Source: Bacteroidales bacterium (lineage in GTDB: Bacteria > Bacteroidota > Bacteroidia > Bacteroidales > ML635J-15). From it: a stretch of 32,000 bases of DNA. The notes beneath the pieces were generated by a model. That model had not been told where the DNA came from. It searched no databases and was given only the letters and a program-made list of their open reading frames with translations. The DNA is taken from contig JAFXRP010000201.1 of assembly GCA_017526205.1 (NCBI GenBank), positions 11,404 through 43,403 of the forward strand. The letters run 5' to 3'. The position numbers and the translations under genes are program-made. Below, piece after piece: positions 8,284-17,082 of the stretch; position 1 is the stretch's first letter, and each line of letters opens with the position of its first letter.

Positions 8284-9377
8284 AGAATCGTTTCCTTGAA
8301 CATTTCGGTAACGGCACTCTCCGAATATTTTTCAAGGAAAATCTTCCTTGAATATCCGTTGAATTTAGGCCGTGGATTCTGAGCAAAATCGTTCAGCAGT
8401 GCGATAAATTCTTCTGCCGTATTGCATTCGCCACCAACCTTTTTTGTATCGACATCGTAACCTTCGAAAGCCTCTGTAGTTCCGATGATATTTTTGCCGT
8501 GCATGAGCGATTCGCAGGTCTTAACTTTCATTCCGCTACCCGAAAAAATCGGCAGTACCATAATGTCGGCTTCGGCAAAATATGGTTGCAAGTCGGGTGC
8601 ATCACTCACGATTTCAATGTTTTTCAGCAATTCGGGTTCGTTTTCCTTCAGTTTCTTCATTCCCTTGCCGACTATCTTCATTTTTATCTTTACCGATGGA
8701 AGTACATTGCGTATAAACCATATTATGCCATCGTTGTTTGGCTTGAAGTACGAACCGAGAAACATGCAAACCGGAATGGGTGAGGTGCTTGCGTCGGTGC
8801 GTTCTGTGTCGGTGAATTTGTCGGCAAGTGCAATTGGAATTGTCGAATCGGCAGTTCTGCCGTACCTTGATTTTATTTCTTGTCCGTCGCGCTCGTTCAA
8901 AACGATTATCATGTCGGAATGCAGGCATGAAAAACGGTCGTTGCTGTCGGCGCATTTTACTGCAAAAAAGCGGGACAGTCCTTTGTTTGCCAACTTTGCT
9001 TCGAAGTACGGCACTTCAACATTGTGGAAAAAGGTAATCACCTTGCCTTTGTACCCCGATTTTTTTAAATCGTTGGCAATTATCCCGAAAACACTTCTGT
9101 CGATAAACACATAGTCGTATGACTTTGCAATCGAAACAATGTCCTTGACTCGTTTTGGACTAAGTCCGTAGAAATAGCCGAACAACGACAAGATGCCGCT
9201 TTTGATGATAGTCCAGAGACTTTTCCGCTTTATTTGTTCGTGGACATAATAGGTTTTTATGTTGTCTTCGCCAAGCAAATCCGATAGGGCGGTGTAGTTG
9301 CGCCATGTGCATACTTCTCCGCCTTCGGGGATTCCTTCCGATTTTTTGTAGCGTATGAACAATAGGTTGCTACTCAT
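8280..9377 (-). CDS. family 1/4 glycosyltransferase (GT-B fold)
   Basis: C-terminal GT1 signature: EADIMVLPIFSGSGMKVKTCESLMHGKNIIGTTEAFEGY. The ORF-track start at 9431 is a TTG. In-frame ATGs lie at 9407, 9398 and 9377. I chose 9377 (MSSNLLFIRYKK), so the start is uncertain. Confidence 0.75.
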   Translation of the reverse strand: MSSNLLFIRYKKSEGIPEGGEVCTWRNYTALSDLLGEDNIKTYYVHEQIKRKSLWTIIKSGILSLFGYFYGLSPKRVKDIVSIAKSYDYVFIDRSVFGIIANDLKKSGYKGKVITFFHNVEVPYFEAKLANKGLSRFFAVKCADSNDRFSCLHSDMIIVLNERDGQEIKSRYGRTADSTIPIALADKFTDTERTDASTSPIPVCMFLGSYFKPNNDGIIWFIRNVLPSVKIKMKIVGKGMKKLKENEPELLKNIEIVSDAPDLQPYFAEADIMVLPIFSGSGMKVKTCESLMHGKNIIGTTEAFEGYDVDTKKVGGECNTAEEFIALLNDFAQNPRPKFNGYSRKIFLEKYSESAVTEMFKETIL

Positions 9378-9460
9378 GGCACTATGCTTCGTTTGCATTG
9401 CCGTCATTCCGTAAGACAAAGCGAACAGCAAAAGGAATGTTGCTTGTGAGCCTGTCTGTA

Positions 9461-9500
9461 CGGAATCTCCTTTTGAATTCGTTTTTCACGGGAGATTCCG
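9461..9500. other. perfect 10-bp stem hairpin (cggaatctcc / ggagattccg, 20-nt loop) between the YfhO and GT4 genes
   Basis: The arms are exact reverse complements. No U-run follows on the minus strand, so this is not a canonical intrinsic terminator. Confidence 0.3.
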
Positions 9501-9598
9501 CATAGTTGAACAATATGACGCTCCTCGTTCCGTATCGCGTTATTGTTCTAACTTGTGGAATGACTGGTAAAGGGTTTGTAATAATATATTGACAATGT

Positions 9599-12079
9599 TT
9601 ATGCATTAGCGGTAGCTTTTTTCTTCCTGTACTGCAAGAAAATCACTCCTGCAATTACCAATGCGAGCAACACTGAGAATGCAATCGAAACGATGTCCCA
9701 AACCTTTATCATAGGTGCTTCGTTGATGAATTCAATTTTGTGCTGTCCTGCAGGAATAACCATTGCGCGGAGTATGTAGTTGGCACGGAAATATTCGGCT
9801 GGCTGTCCGTCGATGTATGCCTTCCAGTCTGGTTCATAGTAAATCTCGGAGAAGATTGCCAACTGATCCTTGCTGGAGGATGTGCTGTAAACCAAATAAT
9901 CTGGATTGTATGGTTTCGCATGTGTCATTTCGATGACGGCTGTGGTGTCGCGCGACAGATTTTTGCCCTCTACGTAGCTTGCAAAATCGGGTGCTATAAT
10001 TGCAGTGTCGGCAGGAGAGAAGTCGTTGAGCGCTAGAATCTCTGCATTTGCATCAGCTACTATCTGGCAACCATCCACAAACCATGCGTTTCCGAGAGCA
10101 GCCGGATTGCGTTGAACCATGCTCGAACCTTGCTGGTCGGGAACGATGAAGTAGCGCGCATTGAGCATATTTAGTACATTCATGTTCAGTTCGCCCATCA
10201 TGTAGAAGTCGATGAGGTCCTGATAGCGACGCAGTTTTGCTCCGTGGTATCCGCCAATAGAGTGGTGGAATGCCGAGGTGCGCGAGTCGTTGAATGTGCT
10301 GGTGGCAAGGTTCATAACACGGAAATCCTTGTCGCCGAAGCGTTCTGCGTACTGGTCTATGATTTTGTCGTTCTCTGTTGGGTTCAGTTGCATTTCCTTT
10401 TTCGAAACATAGCTGTCATCGTTAAGATAGCGGCGGTCAATAGTCCAAAGGTCAAAAACTACGAGCAAGGCAATGACTGCGGTTGTTACGATAAAAGCAA
10501 CTTTTTGTTTCTTTTCCTTGTAGCTGATTGCGAAGAACAATGTTGCAGCCGAAAGCAGTATCAGTATTATCGAGCGCCACGAGTCGGCAGTAAACAAGTC
10601 CTGTCTGTCCTGAATGAATATTTCTTGGATTCTAGGCCAGCCGTCGCCATATTGTGCAGCCATTTGCTCGTCGACTGCGCCAGCAAACGAGAACGAACCC
10701 GACATAATCAATACGATGAGGATTATGCCGCAGGTGATTCCTGTCGATGCATACAAGGCGATTTTTAGCTTTTTCTTGTCGATTTCGTTGCCGAAAATGT
10801 TTTTCAATGCCAGAATTGCCATCATTACCATTGCTACATTGGCAATCACAAGGCTCATGGATGGGGTGCGGAACTTGTTGTACATTGGCAGGTGGTCGAA
10901 CAGAAATCCGTTGACGCCCATAAGATTCTTGCCCCACGACAGGATTATTGCCATTATTGTTATGCCAAGCAGCCACCAGCGTTCCGGTCCTTTTATGATG
11001 AAAAGTCCGAGAATAAACAGGAAAACTATTATTGCTCCGAAATACACAGGTCCAGATGTGAATGGCTGGTCGCCCCAGTAGAGCGGTGCATTCTTGATTT
11101 TGAAGTTCTTGTATGTTTCGGTTGACTTGTCAACTGGTTCGTTTGAACCTCCGCCGTAGCTGCCAGGAACGAGCAATGTGTAGGTTTCGCCGATTCCATA
11201 GCTCCATGCAAAGGCGTAATCCATGTTTAGTCCAACTTTGTTCTTGTTGTCAGAATGTTCGATGTCGCCAGATAGAGATTCGGGAGTAACTGTAATTTCG
11301 GAACCGCCACGCATGGTATATCTGGAATATTCCACGTTCATCATAAGCAGACGGGCATTGCCGCCAATGGCGAAGATTGCGCCTATCAAAAGTACGCCAA
11401 TTGCTTTCCCAAACTGCTTGAAAGTCTTGTCCTTTATTGTGTAAATTAGGTAAACCAAGCCTAGTATTAGTACCGAAAGCAATGTGTAATATGTTATCTG
11501 CAGGTGGTTGAATGCAATCTGGAAACCTAGCGCTATAGTGAAAAGTATTCCACCTATTAGATATTTTTTCTTCAGTGTCAGTATTATGCCGCTGAAAATA
11601 GGAGCCACCATTGCTAAAGCCCAGGCTTTTGAAATATGTCCTGCTTCAATAATTATTATATTGTAGCTGCCTAGTCCAAAGGCAATTGCTCCTACGAGGC
11701 TTAGCCACGGATTTACGCCAAGTGCTACGAGACAGATGTAAAATCCTATGAGATAAAGGAATAGTACACCAATGTTTTCTGACCAGCCCAACCAATATAG
11801 GTCGAAGATTTCTTTGGCTCTAAAAATTGATTCCTGTGGTTTGTTGGTAATCTGGTAGGTTGGCATTCCGCTGAACATTGCACTGTTCCAGTGTGTGTAT
11901 GTGCCAGTTTCCTTCAGAAAGTCTTTCTGCTCCTTCACCATTCCCTGCCAGTTGCGCGTGTCGCCCTGGTTGAGGACCTTGTTGCTGGTAACTAATTTGT
12001 CGAAAAAAAGAATGGAAATAAGAAAGAATATGATTACTATTCCAGTGTGTGTAAGAATGTTTTTTACTATAGGTTTCAT
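9599..12079 (-). CDS. YfhO-family polytopic membrane protein (GT-C-like putative extracytoplasmic glycosyltransferase)
   Basis: 826 aa with many predicted TM helices and a large C-terminal extracytoplasmic domain ending in a final TM helix. The N-terminus (KLVTSNKVLNQGDTRNWQGM..HWNSAMFSGMPTYQI) is typical of Bacteroidota YfhO proteins. Confidence 0.78.
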   Translation of the reverse strand: MKPIVKNILTHTGIVIIFFLISILFFDKLVTSNKVLNQGDTRNWQGMVKEQKDFLKETGTYTHWNSAMFSGMPTYQITNKPQESIFRAKEIFDLYWLGWSENIGVLFLYLIGFYICLVALGVNPWLSLVGAIAFGLGSYNIIIIEAGHISKAWALAMVAPIFSGIILTLKKKYLIGGILFTIALGFQIAFNHLQITYYTLLSVLILGLVYLIYTIKDKTFKQFGKAIGVLLIGAIFAIGGNARLLMMNVEYSRYTMRGGSEITVTPESLSGDIEHSDNKNKVGLNMDYAFAWSYGIGETYTLLVPGSYGGGSNEPVDKSTETYKNFKIKNAPLYWGDQPFTSGPVYFGAIIVFLFILGLFIIKGPERWWLLGITIMAIILSWGKNLMGVNGFLFDHLPMYNKFRTPSMSLVIANVAMVMMAILALKNIFGNEIDKKKLKIALYASTGITCGIILIVLIMSGSFSFAGAVDEQMAAQYGDGWPRIQEIFIQDRQDLFTADSWRSIILILLSAATLFFAISYKEKKQKVAFIVTTAVIALLVVFDLWTIDRRYLNDDSYVSKKEMQLNPTENDKIIDQYAERFGDKDFRVMNLATSTFNDSRTSAFHHSIGGYHGAKLRRYQDLIDFYMMGELNMNVLNMLNARYFIVPDQQGSSMVQRNPAALGNAWFVDGCQIVADANAEILALNDFSPADTAIIAPDFASYVEGKNLSRDTTAVIEMTHAKPYNPDYLVYSTSSSKDQLAIFSEIYYEPDWKAYIDGQPAEYFRANYILRAMVIPAGQHKIEFINEAPMIKVWDIVSIAFSVLLALVIAGVIFLQYRKKKATANA

Positions 12080-12107
12080 ATCAAATCTTGATGTTACAAT
12101 TGAAATA

Positions 12108-12115
12108 CAAAGGTA
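12108..12115 (-). promoter_or_regulatory. Bacteroides-type -7 promoter box (TAccTTTG on the minus strand)
   Basis: Plus strand reads CAAAggTA, 29 nt upstream of the YfhO ATG at 12079. Confidence 0.4.
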
Positions 12116-12128
12116 ATGCTTTTTTGCT

Positions 12129-13067
12129 TTATTCCGTTAGGTCGGTAATGATTTCCCTGATAGGTCTAACCTTGTGGACATGCTCTATTGAAACTCCTGC
12201 GCACCACACAGTTTTATAGGTAGCCTTGAAAGCGGAGTTGTAGAGTTTTTTCATTCCTGCCTTCATCATTACAGATTTTGCAAACTTTTTCAGGGCGGAG
12301 TTGCCATTGACAAGTCTTTCCCAAATGTTTGGCTTGTTGCCAATTTGTTGGAGGTATGGAGTATTTATCACTGCAGTGGGACTGCCCGAAAGTTTCCGAG
12401 TCATGACAATGTCCTTGGCGCCATATTCTACTACGGCTTTCTTGTATTCGTCCGAGACCTTGCATTCCTCACTGGCGATGAAAATTGTGCCGACAGAAAC
12501 ACCTGCCGCACCCATCGATATTGCGTTGTCAACATCCTGCTTGCGAGCGATACCGCCTGCATATATAATAGGTGTGTGGCAATTGTCAACTAGTTCGGGC
12601 ATCAACTTTTCGGGGGGGAATATTCCTGAATGTCCACCAGCTTTTGAGTTGACTGCGATAATAGCATCGGCACCAAGGCTTTCGACTTTTTGGGCAAATT
12701 TAAGGTCAACTACATCGCAGAAAACCTTGATTCCATTTGCATGAGCCATTTCGATTGCCTGTTTTGGGTTGCCGAGTGATGTTATAATGAAAGCTGGTTT
12801 GGCATTAATAATTTCAGAAAGTTGCTGTTTGTAGCGTGTGTTCGACTTGTTTACCACAAGGTTTATTCCGAAAGGCTTGTCTGTTTTCGCCTTGATGTTG
12901 GCGATTGCACTGGCAATTTCTCCTTTTTTTCGATAGTTTGCAGCTGGGATTGCTGCAGTAATCCCACATTCTAGCGCGGCGACAACCATTTCCTCGTTGC
13001 TAACCAGAAACATTGGAGCCATGATTATTGGATGTTCAATATGCAATATGTCGCACAAAGTTGCCAT
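12129..13067 (-). CDS. NAD(P)H-dependent flavin oxidoreductase, nitronate monooxygenase family (FabK-like enoyl-ACP reductase II fold)
   Basis: 312 aa. HPIIMAPMFLVS, DKPFGINLVV, GADAIIAVNSKAGGH and IIYAGGIA align with the NMO/FabK TIM-barrel FMN-binding motifs. Confidence 0.8.
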   Translation of the reverse strand: MATLCDILHIEHPIIMAPMFLVSNEEMVVAALECGITAAIPAANYRKKGEIASAIANIKAKTDKPFGINLVVNKSNTRYKQQLSEIINAKPAFIITSLGNPKQAIEMAHANGIKVFCDVVDLKFAQKVESLGADAIIAVNSKAGGHSGIFPPEKLMPELVDNCHTPIIYAGGIARKQDVDNAISMGAAGVSVGTIFIASEECKVSDEYKKAVVEYGAKDIVMTRKLSGSPTAVINTPYLQQIGNKPNIWERLVNGNSALKKFAKSVMMKAGMKKLYNSAFKATYKTVWCAGVSIEHVHKVRPIREIITDLTE

Positions 13068-13069
13068 TT

Positions 13070-13582
13070 TTATAGTTGCAGGGTATTGTTGTTCTCGTTT
13101 TCTGTTGCCTCGAAATATTCGTCAACTAGTAATTTGTCGCCTGTAGCGGCTGCAACAGCAAGCTGGTCGCAACGGTTGTTGTATGGATTGTCAGCATGGC
13201 CTTTTACCCATACGAATCTGACTTTGTGTTGCTTGTATATTCTTAAGAACCGAACCCATAAGTCTGGATTCTTTACATTCTTGAAATTTTTCTTTATCCA
13301 TCCCGACAACCAGTTCTGATTTATGGCATCGGCTACATATTTAGAGTCGGTGTAGATTGTCACAATGGAGTTCGGAATTTTTAACATTTCGAGGGCGGTG
13401 ATAACGCCAAGCAGTTCCATGCGGTTGTTGGTTGTACGGCGGAATCCACAGGCTACATCCTTGCGGTGTTGTCCGCTCATAAGCACAATGCCGAAACCAC
13501 CAGGACCTGGGTTTCCTCGTGATGATCCATCTGTATAGATGGTTATTACAGGTGGTTGTGGCGTTTGTTTTTCCTCCGGCAT
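13070..13582 (-). CDS. rnhA: ribonuclease HI
   Basis: 170 aa. IYTDGSSRGNPGPGGFG, NNRMELLGVITALE, IYTDSKYV, WVKGHA..PYNNRCDQLA. The start overlaps the upstream stop as TAATG. Confidence 0.92.
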   Translation of the reverse strand: MPEEKQTPQPPVITIYTDGSSRGNPGPGGFGIVLMSGQHRKDVACGFRRTTNNRMELLGVITALEMLKIPNSIVTIYTDSKYVADAINQNWLSGWIKKNFKNVKNPDLWVRFLRIYKQHKVRFVWVKGHADNPYNNRCDQLAVAAATGDKLLVDEYFEATENENNNTLQL

Positions 13583-15567
13583 TACCTTGCAATAAGAACC
13601 TTTTCGGTTACGCTGTGTCTGTCGATGTTCATATTTACGAAATACAGGCCTTCGCTGTAGCTACTAACGTTGATTCTGATTTCACCCTCGCTACTGTTGC
13701 AGTTATGCATGTCGACCTTTCTGCCAAGCATGTCGTAGATGTCGATGGTAATGTCTTTGCCGTATTCCACAGAGCCAAGGTTGATGTTGACAATGTTGTT
13801 TGCTGGGTTAGGGAAGATGCTTATTTCGTGTTCGGCAGCATAGTCCTCAACATCAACGATACATGTTACGGGGCGAATTGCGGATGAAGTTCTTACACCG
13901 AATTTTTCGTAAGCAGTGTTCCATGTATCACCATCGTTGCTTACATACAGGGTGTTTGAACCAGATGTACTTCTGTTTGGTGCAACGCTTACTACAAACC
14001 ATTCGCCATCGCCGTCTGAGTTGGTGCCGTTGTAGTTGATTTTGTATCCGGCATAGAATGGACCATTTACTTCAACAGGGTCATCAAACTCAACTACATA
14101 GTTGTAGTTTTCTGGAATGTCGCGCAGATATACTTTCTTTTCGGCAAGAATTGTTTCGGGATGTTGCGTATTGCCGTCCCAAATGTAGAAAGTGACGGTT
14201 GAGTTATATGAGCCGGTCTGTGATTTAAATACAGGAACAATAATTGCGTCAACCTGTTCGAATGAGTACTGGTTGAACTTGTCTGCATAATACTTGGTTC
14301 TCTGTCCGTTATGACCGCCAATGTATCCCCATGAACCTGTAACAGTTGGGCTACTTGGTATTTCGTTGGGGCGTATGTTTGTTATTGTGTCGCAGTACAT
14401 CGGGACAGGACCGGAAAATACCATTATATAGTCTTCCTTTGTGATAGAAGTTACTCCGCATTCGTTTGAAACAGAGTGGAAAACATCATAGAAACCTGCT
14501 GCGTTGTATTCTATTCCATTAATTATGTTAGCGGTTGCGGCTGTATGGGGGTATCCACCTTCAAATTCCCATGTCCATGCTGTAGGATTGTTGGTTGATC
14601 TGTCCTCGAAATAAACCTTTGTACCTGAGCGGATAAGGCGTGGTGCGGCAACAAATTCGGCTTCTGGTATAGCTACACAAGGGTCGGTTTCGGCAACTGT
14701 AATATAGTTTGTTCTACGCAGTGTGTCCATGCCCATGTTGCTTTCGATAACAAGCTCTACATCGTATGTTCCAGGCATCGGGAATATTATGCCGGTTGGA
14801 TTTTGTACGTTCGATGTTGTTGGAACTGCTCCTTCGAAGAACCAGTGCCAAATGTAAGGATTACCGGAGCTTCTGTCGGTGAAGTTTACTGCGTCGCCAG
14901 GTGCAATATAGGTTCTGTCGACCATGAAATTTGCTTCGGGACTTATTGTAGCTTCTGGGACTACGTTGATGTAGAAGTTTTTGGTTTCAGTATCGCTGTT
15001 TCCGTTCATGTCGGTTACGGTGAGTTCTACATTGTATATTCCGACATGTGGATAGGTTATTGGTGCTGGGCGTTCATCGGTTGATGATGATGGCATGCCA
15101 CCTTCGAATGTCCATTGGTATGATGCGAATGGACCATTTTGTGATATGCTAGTGAATTGCACAATATTGTTGGCCGGGATAGTCGTGTAGTTTGCCGTAA
15201 AATCGGCAATTGGAGTTTCGGTGTTTGGAAGTACCGTTATGCATTCGGTTACGATTTCCGTATTGACCATAGCGCCGTTTTGCACTTCGAGGATTACTGA
15301 ATATACGCCCGGATGGTAGTAGCAGATGTCCTGTGGGTGCTGTTCGGTTGAAGTTGGGGTTTGTGCGCCCTCGAATGTCCACTGCCAGTGGGTCGGGTTT
15401 CCCGTTGTCATGTCGGTGAAGTATACGCATTCGCCGGCGATAATTTCGTATGATGATACGAGGAACTGCGCATCAAGTCCTGCCTTGCTGTTTCCCTTTT
15501 GCGCAAATATGTTGCACGATAGCACTATTAATGTTGCTAATACTATGATTCTCAGTATGTCTTTCAT
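13582..15567 (-). CDS. T9SS cargo protein with four PKD-like repeats, an additional beta-rich domain and a C-terminal sorting domain
   Basis: Signal peptide MKDILRIIVLATLIVLSCNIFAQ. There are four W.W.FEGG.P..S....P..I.Y...G.Y.V.L repeats. The CTD reads ISIFPNPANNIVNINL..IDIYDMLGRKV..GLYFVNMNI..EKVLIAR. The ORF-track start at 15573 is a TTG, so I used the ATG at 15567. Confidence 0.85.
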   Translation of the reverse strand: MKDILRIIVLATLIVLSCNIFAQKGNSKAGLDAQFLVSSYEIIAGECVYFTDMTTGNPTHWQWTFEGAQTPTSTEQHPQDICYYHPGVYSVILEVQNGAMVNTEIVTECITVLPNTETPIADFTANYTTIPANNIVQFTSISQNGPFASYQWTFEGGMPSSSTDERPAPITYPHVGIYNVELTVTDMNGNSDTETKNFYINVVPEATISPEANFMVDRTYIAPGDAVNFTDRSSGNPYIWHWFFEGAVPTTSNVQNPTGIIFPMPGTYDVELVIESNMGMDTLRRTNYITVAETDPCVAIPEAEFVAAPRLIRSGTKVYFEDRSTNNPTAWTWEFEGGYPHTAATANIINGIEYNAAGFYDVFHSVSNECGVTSITKEDYIMVFSGPVPMYCDTITNIRPNEIPSSPTVTGSWGYIGGHNGQRTKYYADKFNQYSFEQVDAIIVPVFKSQTGSYNSTVTFYIWDGNTQHPETILAEKKVYLRDIPENYNYVVEFDDPVEVNGPFYAGYKINYNGTNSDGDGEWFVVSVAPNRSTSGSNTLYVSNDGDTWNTAYEKFGVRTSSAIRPVTCIVDVEDYAAEHEISIFPNPANNIVNINLGSVEYGKDITIDIYDMLGRKVDMHNCNSSEGEIRINVSSYSEGLYFVNMNIDRHSVTEKVLIAR

Positions 15568-15611
15568 CTGCAAGAGTTTTTTTTTGAAAATGAAAATTAA
15601 ATATCAAACTG

Positions 15612-15619
15612 CAAATATA
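15612..15619 (-). promoter_or_regulatory. Bacteroides-type -7 promoter box (TAtaTTTG on the minus strand)
   Basis: Plus strand reads CAAAtaTA, about 45 nt upstream of the ATG at 15567. Confidence 0.35.
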
Positions 15620-15672
15620 ATAAAATTTGAAAATTCAATGATTTGAAAATTCAAAAATTTGATGATTGTAGC

Positions 15673-15734
15673 GGCGCAATGATTTGCGCCGATTGCAATG
15701 ATTTGCACCGATTGAGACGCAAGATTTTGCGTCT
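15673..15734 (+). repeat. modular hairpin repeat, copy A (modules M1-M3-M4)
   Basis: Three consecutive hairpins: ggcgcaa-tgat-ttgcgcc (15673-15690), tgcaa-tgat-ttgca (15694-15707) and agacgcaa-gatt-ttgcgtct (15715-15734). The same modules recur at about 23788-23882 and 27832-27938. Confidence 0.7.
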
Positions 15735-15751
15735 GTACAGATTATCAAATC

Positions 15752-15825
15752 CATTATCCATTGTCCATTATCCATTGTCCATTATCCATTATCCATTGTT
15801 CATTGTTCATTGTTCATTGTTCATT
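15752..15825. repeat. tandem heptanucleotide array, about 10.5 units (CATTATC/CATTGTC x6, then CATTGTT x4)
   Basis: Read directly from the sequence. It lies in the divergent region between the PKD cargo gene and recR, 69 nt upstream of the recR ATG. Confidence 0.9.
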
Positions 15826-15893
15826 AAATTGATGATCGTTGCATAGCAAATTATTCCGCCGAATATTAGCGGAAATGTTTTGGTAATTGATTT

Positions 15894-16490
15894 ATGCAGA
15901 ACAAATTAATCGACGAGGCAATACAGCAATTCATGTCGTTGCCGGGGATAGGGCGTAAGACTGCACAGCGTTTTGTGCTTCATCTTTTGCGGAAGTCGCA
16001 GGATGATGTTACGAATTTTACGACAACCATACAGCGCATGAAGGAGGACACTAAGTTTTGCCGCGTGTGCAACAATATTTCAGAGAATGATATTTGTGAG
16101 GTTTGTGCCAATCCTCGTCGCGACCAGTCGACTATATGCGTTGTGGAAAATATAAACGATGTGATGGCAATTGAAGCCACATCGCAGTACAATGGTGTGT
16201 ATCATGTGCTTGGCGGTGTCATTTCACCAATGGATGGTGTGAGCCCCAGCGACTTGCACATTTCCGACTTGATTAATCGTGCTTCTGCTGGCAATATAAG
16301 CGAGATTATCCTTGCCTTGCCCACGACTATGGAAGGCGAGACCACCAATTATTTCATAAACAAAAAGTTACAGCAGACAGGTGTTAAAGTTTCCGTTATT
16401 GCAAAGGGAATTGCGGTAGGAGAGGAACTGCAGTACACTGATGAGGTTACGCTTTCGCAGGCTATAAAGAATAGAAAACCGTTTGAATAG
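15894..16490 (+). CDS. recR: recombination protein RecR
   Basis: 198 aa. Helix-hairpin-helix LPGIGRKTAQRF, a C4 zinc finger (CRVCNN...CEVC) and a Toprim segment (ICVVENINDVMAIE..YNGVYHVLGGVISP). Confidence 0.93.
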   Translation: MQNKLIDEAIQQFMSLPGIGRKTAQRFVLHLLRKSQDDVTNFTTTIQRMKEDTKFCRVCNNISENDICEVCANPRRDQSTICVVENINDVMAIEATSQYNGVYHVLGGVISPMDGVSPSDLHISDLINRASAGNISEIILALPTTMEGETTNYFINKKLQQTGVKVSVIAKGIAVGEELQYTDEVTLSQAIKNRKPFE

Positions 16491-16529
16491 CTGGGCAGGC
16501 GCCAGTTTCTATGGCTGCCGCCGTTCAAA

Positions 16530-16613
16530 AGTTTAACGTTTAAGGTTTCACGTTTCTATGGTGTCGCCGTTTCAGGGTTTAATATTGTTCAATGTTCAAA
16601 AGTTTAAGAGTTC
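16530..16613. repeat. degenerate heptamer array of the GTTyAAN/GTTTCAN type
   Basis: gttcaaaa gtttaac gtttaag gtttcac gtttcta ... gttcaat gttcaaaa gtttaag agttcaaaa. This is the same word family seen at 20857-20908, 21288-21418 and 23641-23700. Confidence 0.55.
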
Positions 16614-16687
16614 AAAAAAACGGAATGTCATCCTGAACTCGTTTCAGAACCTTTAGCTCGACGCAGTCAATCTGATTCCGTTTTTTG
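16614..16687. other. large stem-loop with A-run/T-run arms (aaaaaaacggaat ... attccgtttttt) and an inner ctgaa/ttcag hairpin
   Basis: Arms at 16614-16626 and 16675-16686 are reverse complements. It sits about 125 nt downstream of the recR stop and may be a bidirectional terminator or a structured element. Confidence 0.35.
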
Positions 16688-16704
16688 TTTCTTGGTTTGC
16701 TTTC

Positions 16705-16744
16705 GCGAGCTAAAGGTTAACTTCGTTGAGGGCTTCACCGTTCT
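16705..16744 (+). repeat. direct repeat unit 1 (gcgagctaaaggtt-aacttcgttgagggcttcaccgttct)
   Basis: It repeats at 16921-16982 with a 20-nt insertion. The gagctaaagg core also occurs inverted at 16648-16666 and again near 23720. Confidence 0.6.
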
Positions 16745-16920
16745 ATGGCTATGCCGTTTCGTGGGCTGGCTCCCTTTTCTATGGCTGACGCTGTTTCAAA
16801 GTTTCTGATTGAATCGCTCCATGACGCGCACAGCGACTATTTTTTAGTGCCCTTCGGGCAGAAATTCAACAAATCTATTTCAAATAGAACAAATATATTT
16901 GAAAGATTACTTGCTTCGCT

Positions 16921-16982
16921 GCGTGAGCTAAAGGTTTGTATCAATTTGTATTATTTAACTTCGTTGAGGGCTTCGCCGTTCT
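16921..16982 (+). repeat. direct repeat unit 2 (gcgtgagctaaaggtt[20-nt insert]aacttcgttgagggcttcgccgttct)
   Basis: See unit 1. Confidence 0.6.
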
Positions 16983-17056
16983 CGCGCAGCGACTCCATTA
17001 AATCTCGAAAGGAATAAAAGTCGTTCTGCCCGTGGTGTACTAAAAATAAACAAAAA

Positions 17057-17082
17057 AGCCCCGCAAAATGCGAGGCTTTTAA
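17057..17082 (-). terminator. intrinsic terminator hairpin downstream of the large T9SS adhesin gene
   Basis: agccccgca-aaa-tgcgaggct stem-loop flanked by an A-run and a T-run. It lies 20 nt beyond the stop at 17102. Confidence 0.6.

Noticed and set aside
15643-15846. 67-aa ORF with a reiterated HYPLSIIHYPLFIVH peptide
   Set aside because: It is generated by reading through the hairpin-repeat modules and the heptamer tandem array. A 7-nt period cycles through all three frames, and there is no coding signal.
16745-17017. 90-aa ORF in the recR-downstream island
   Set aside because: It is built from dispersed repeat words and internal direct repeats, has no promoter box or recognisable motif, and is probably non-coding.
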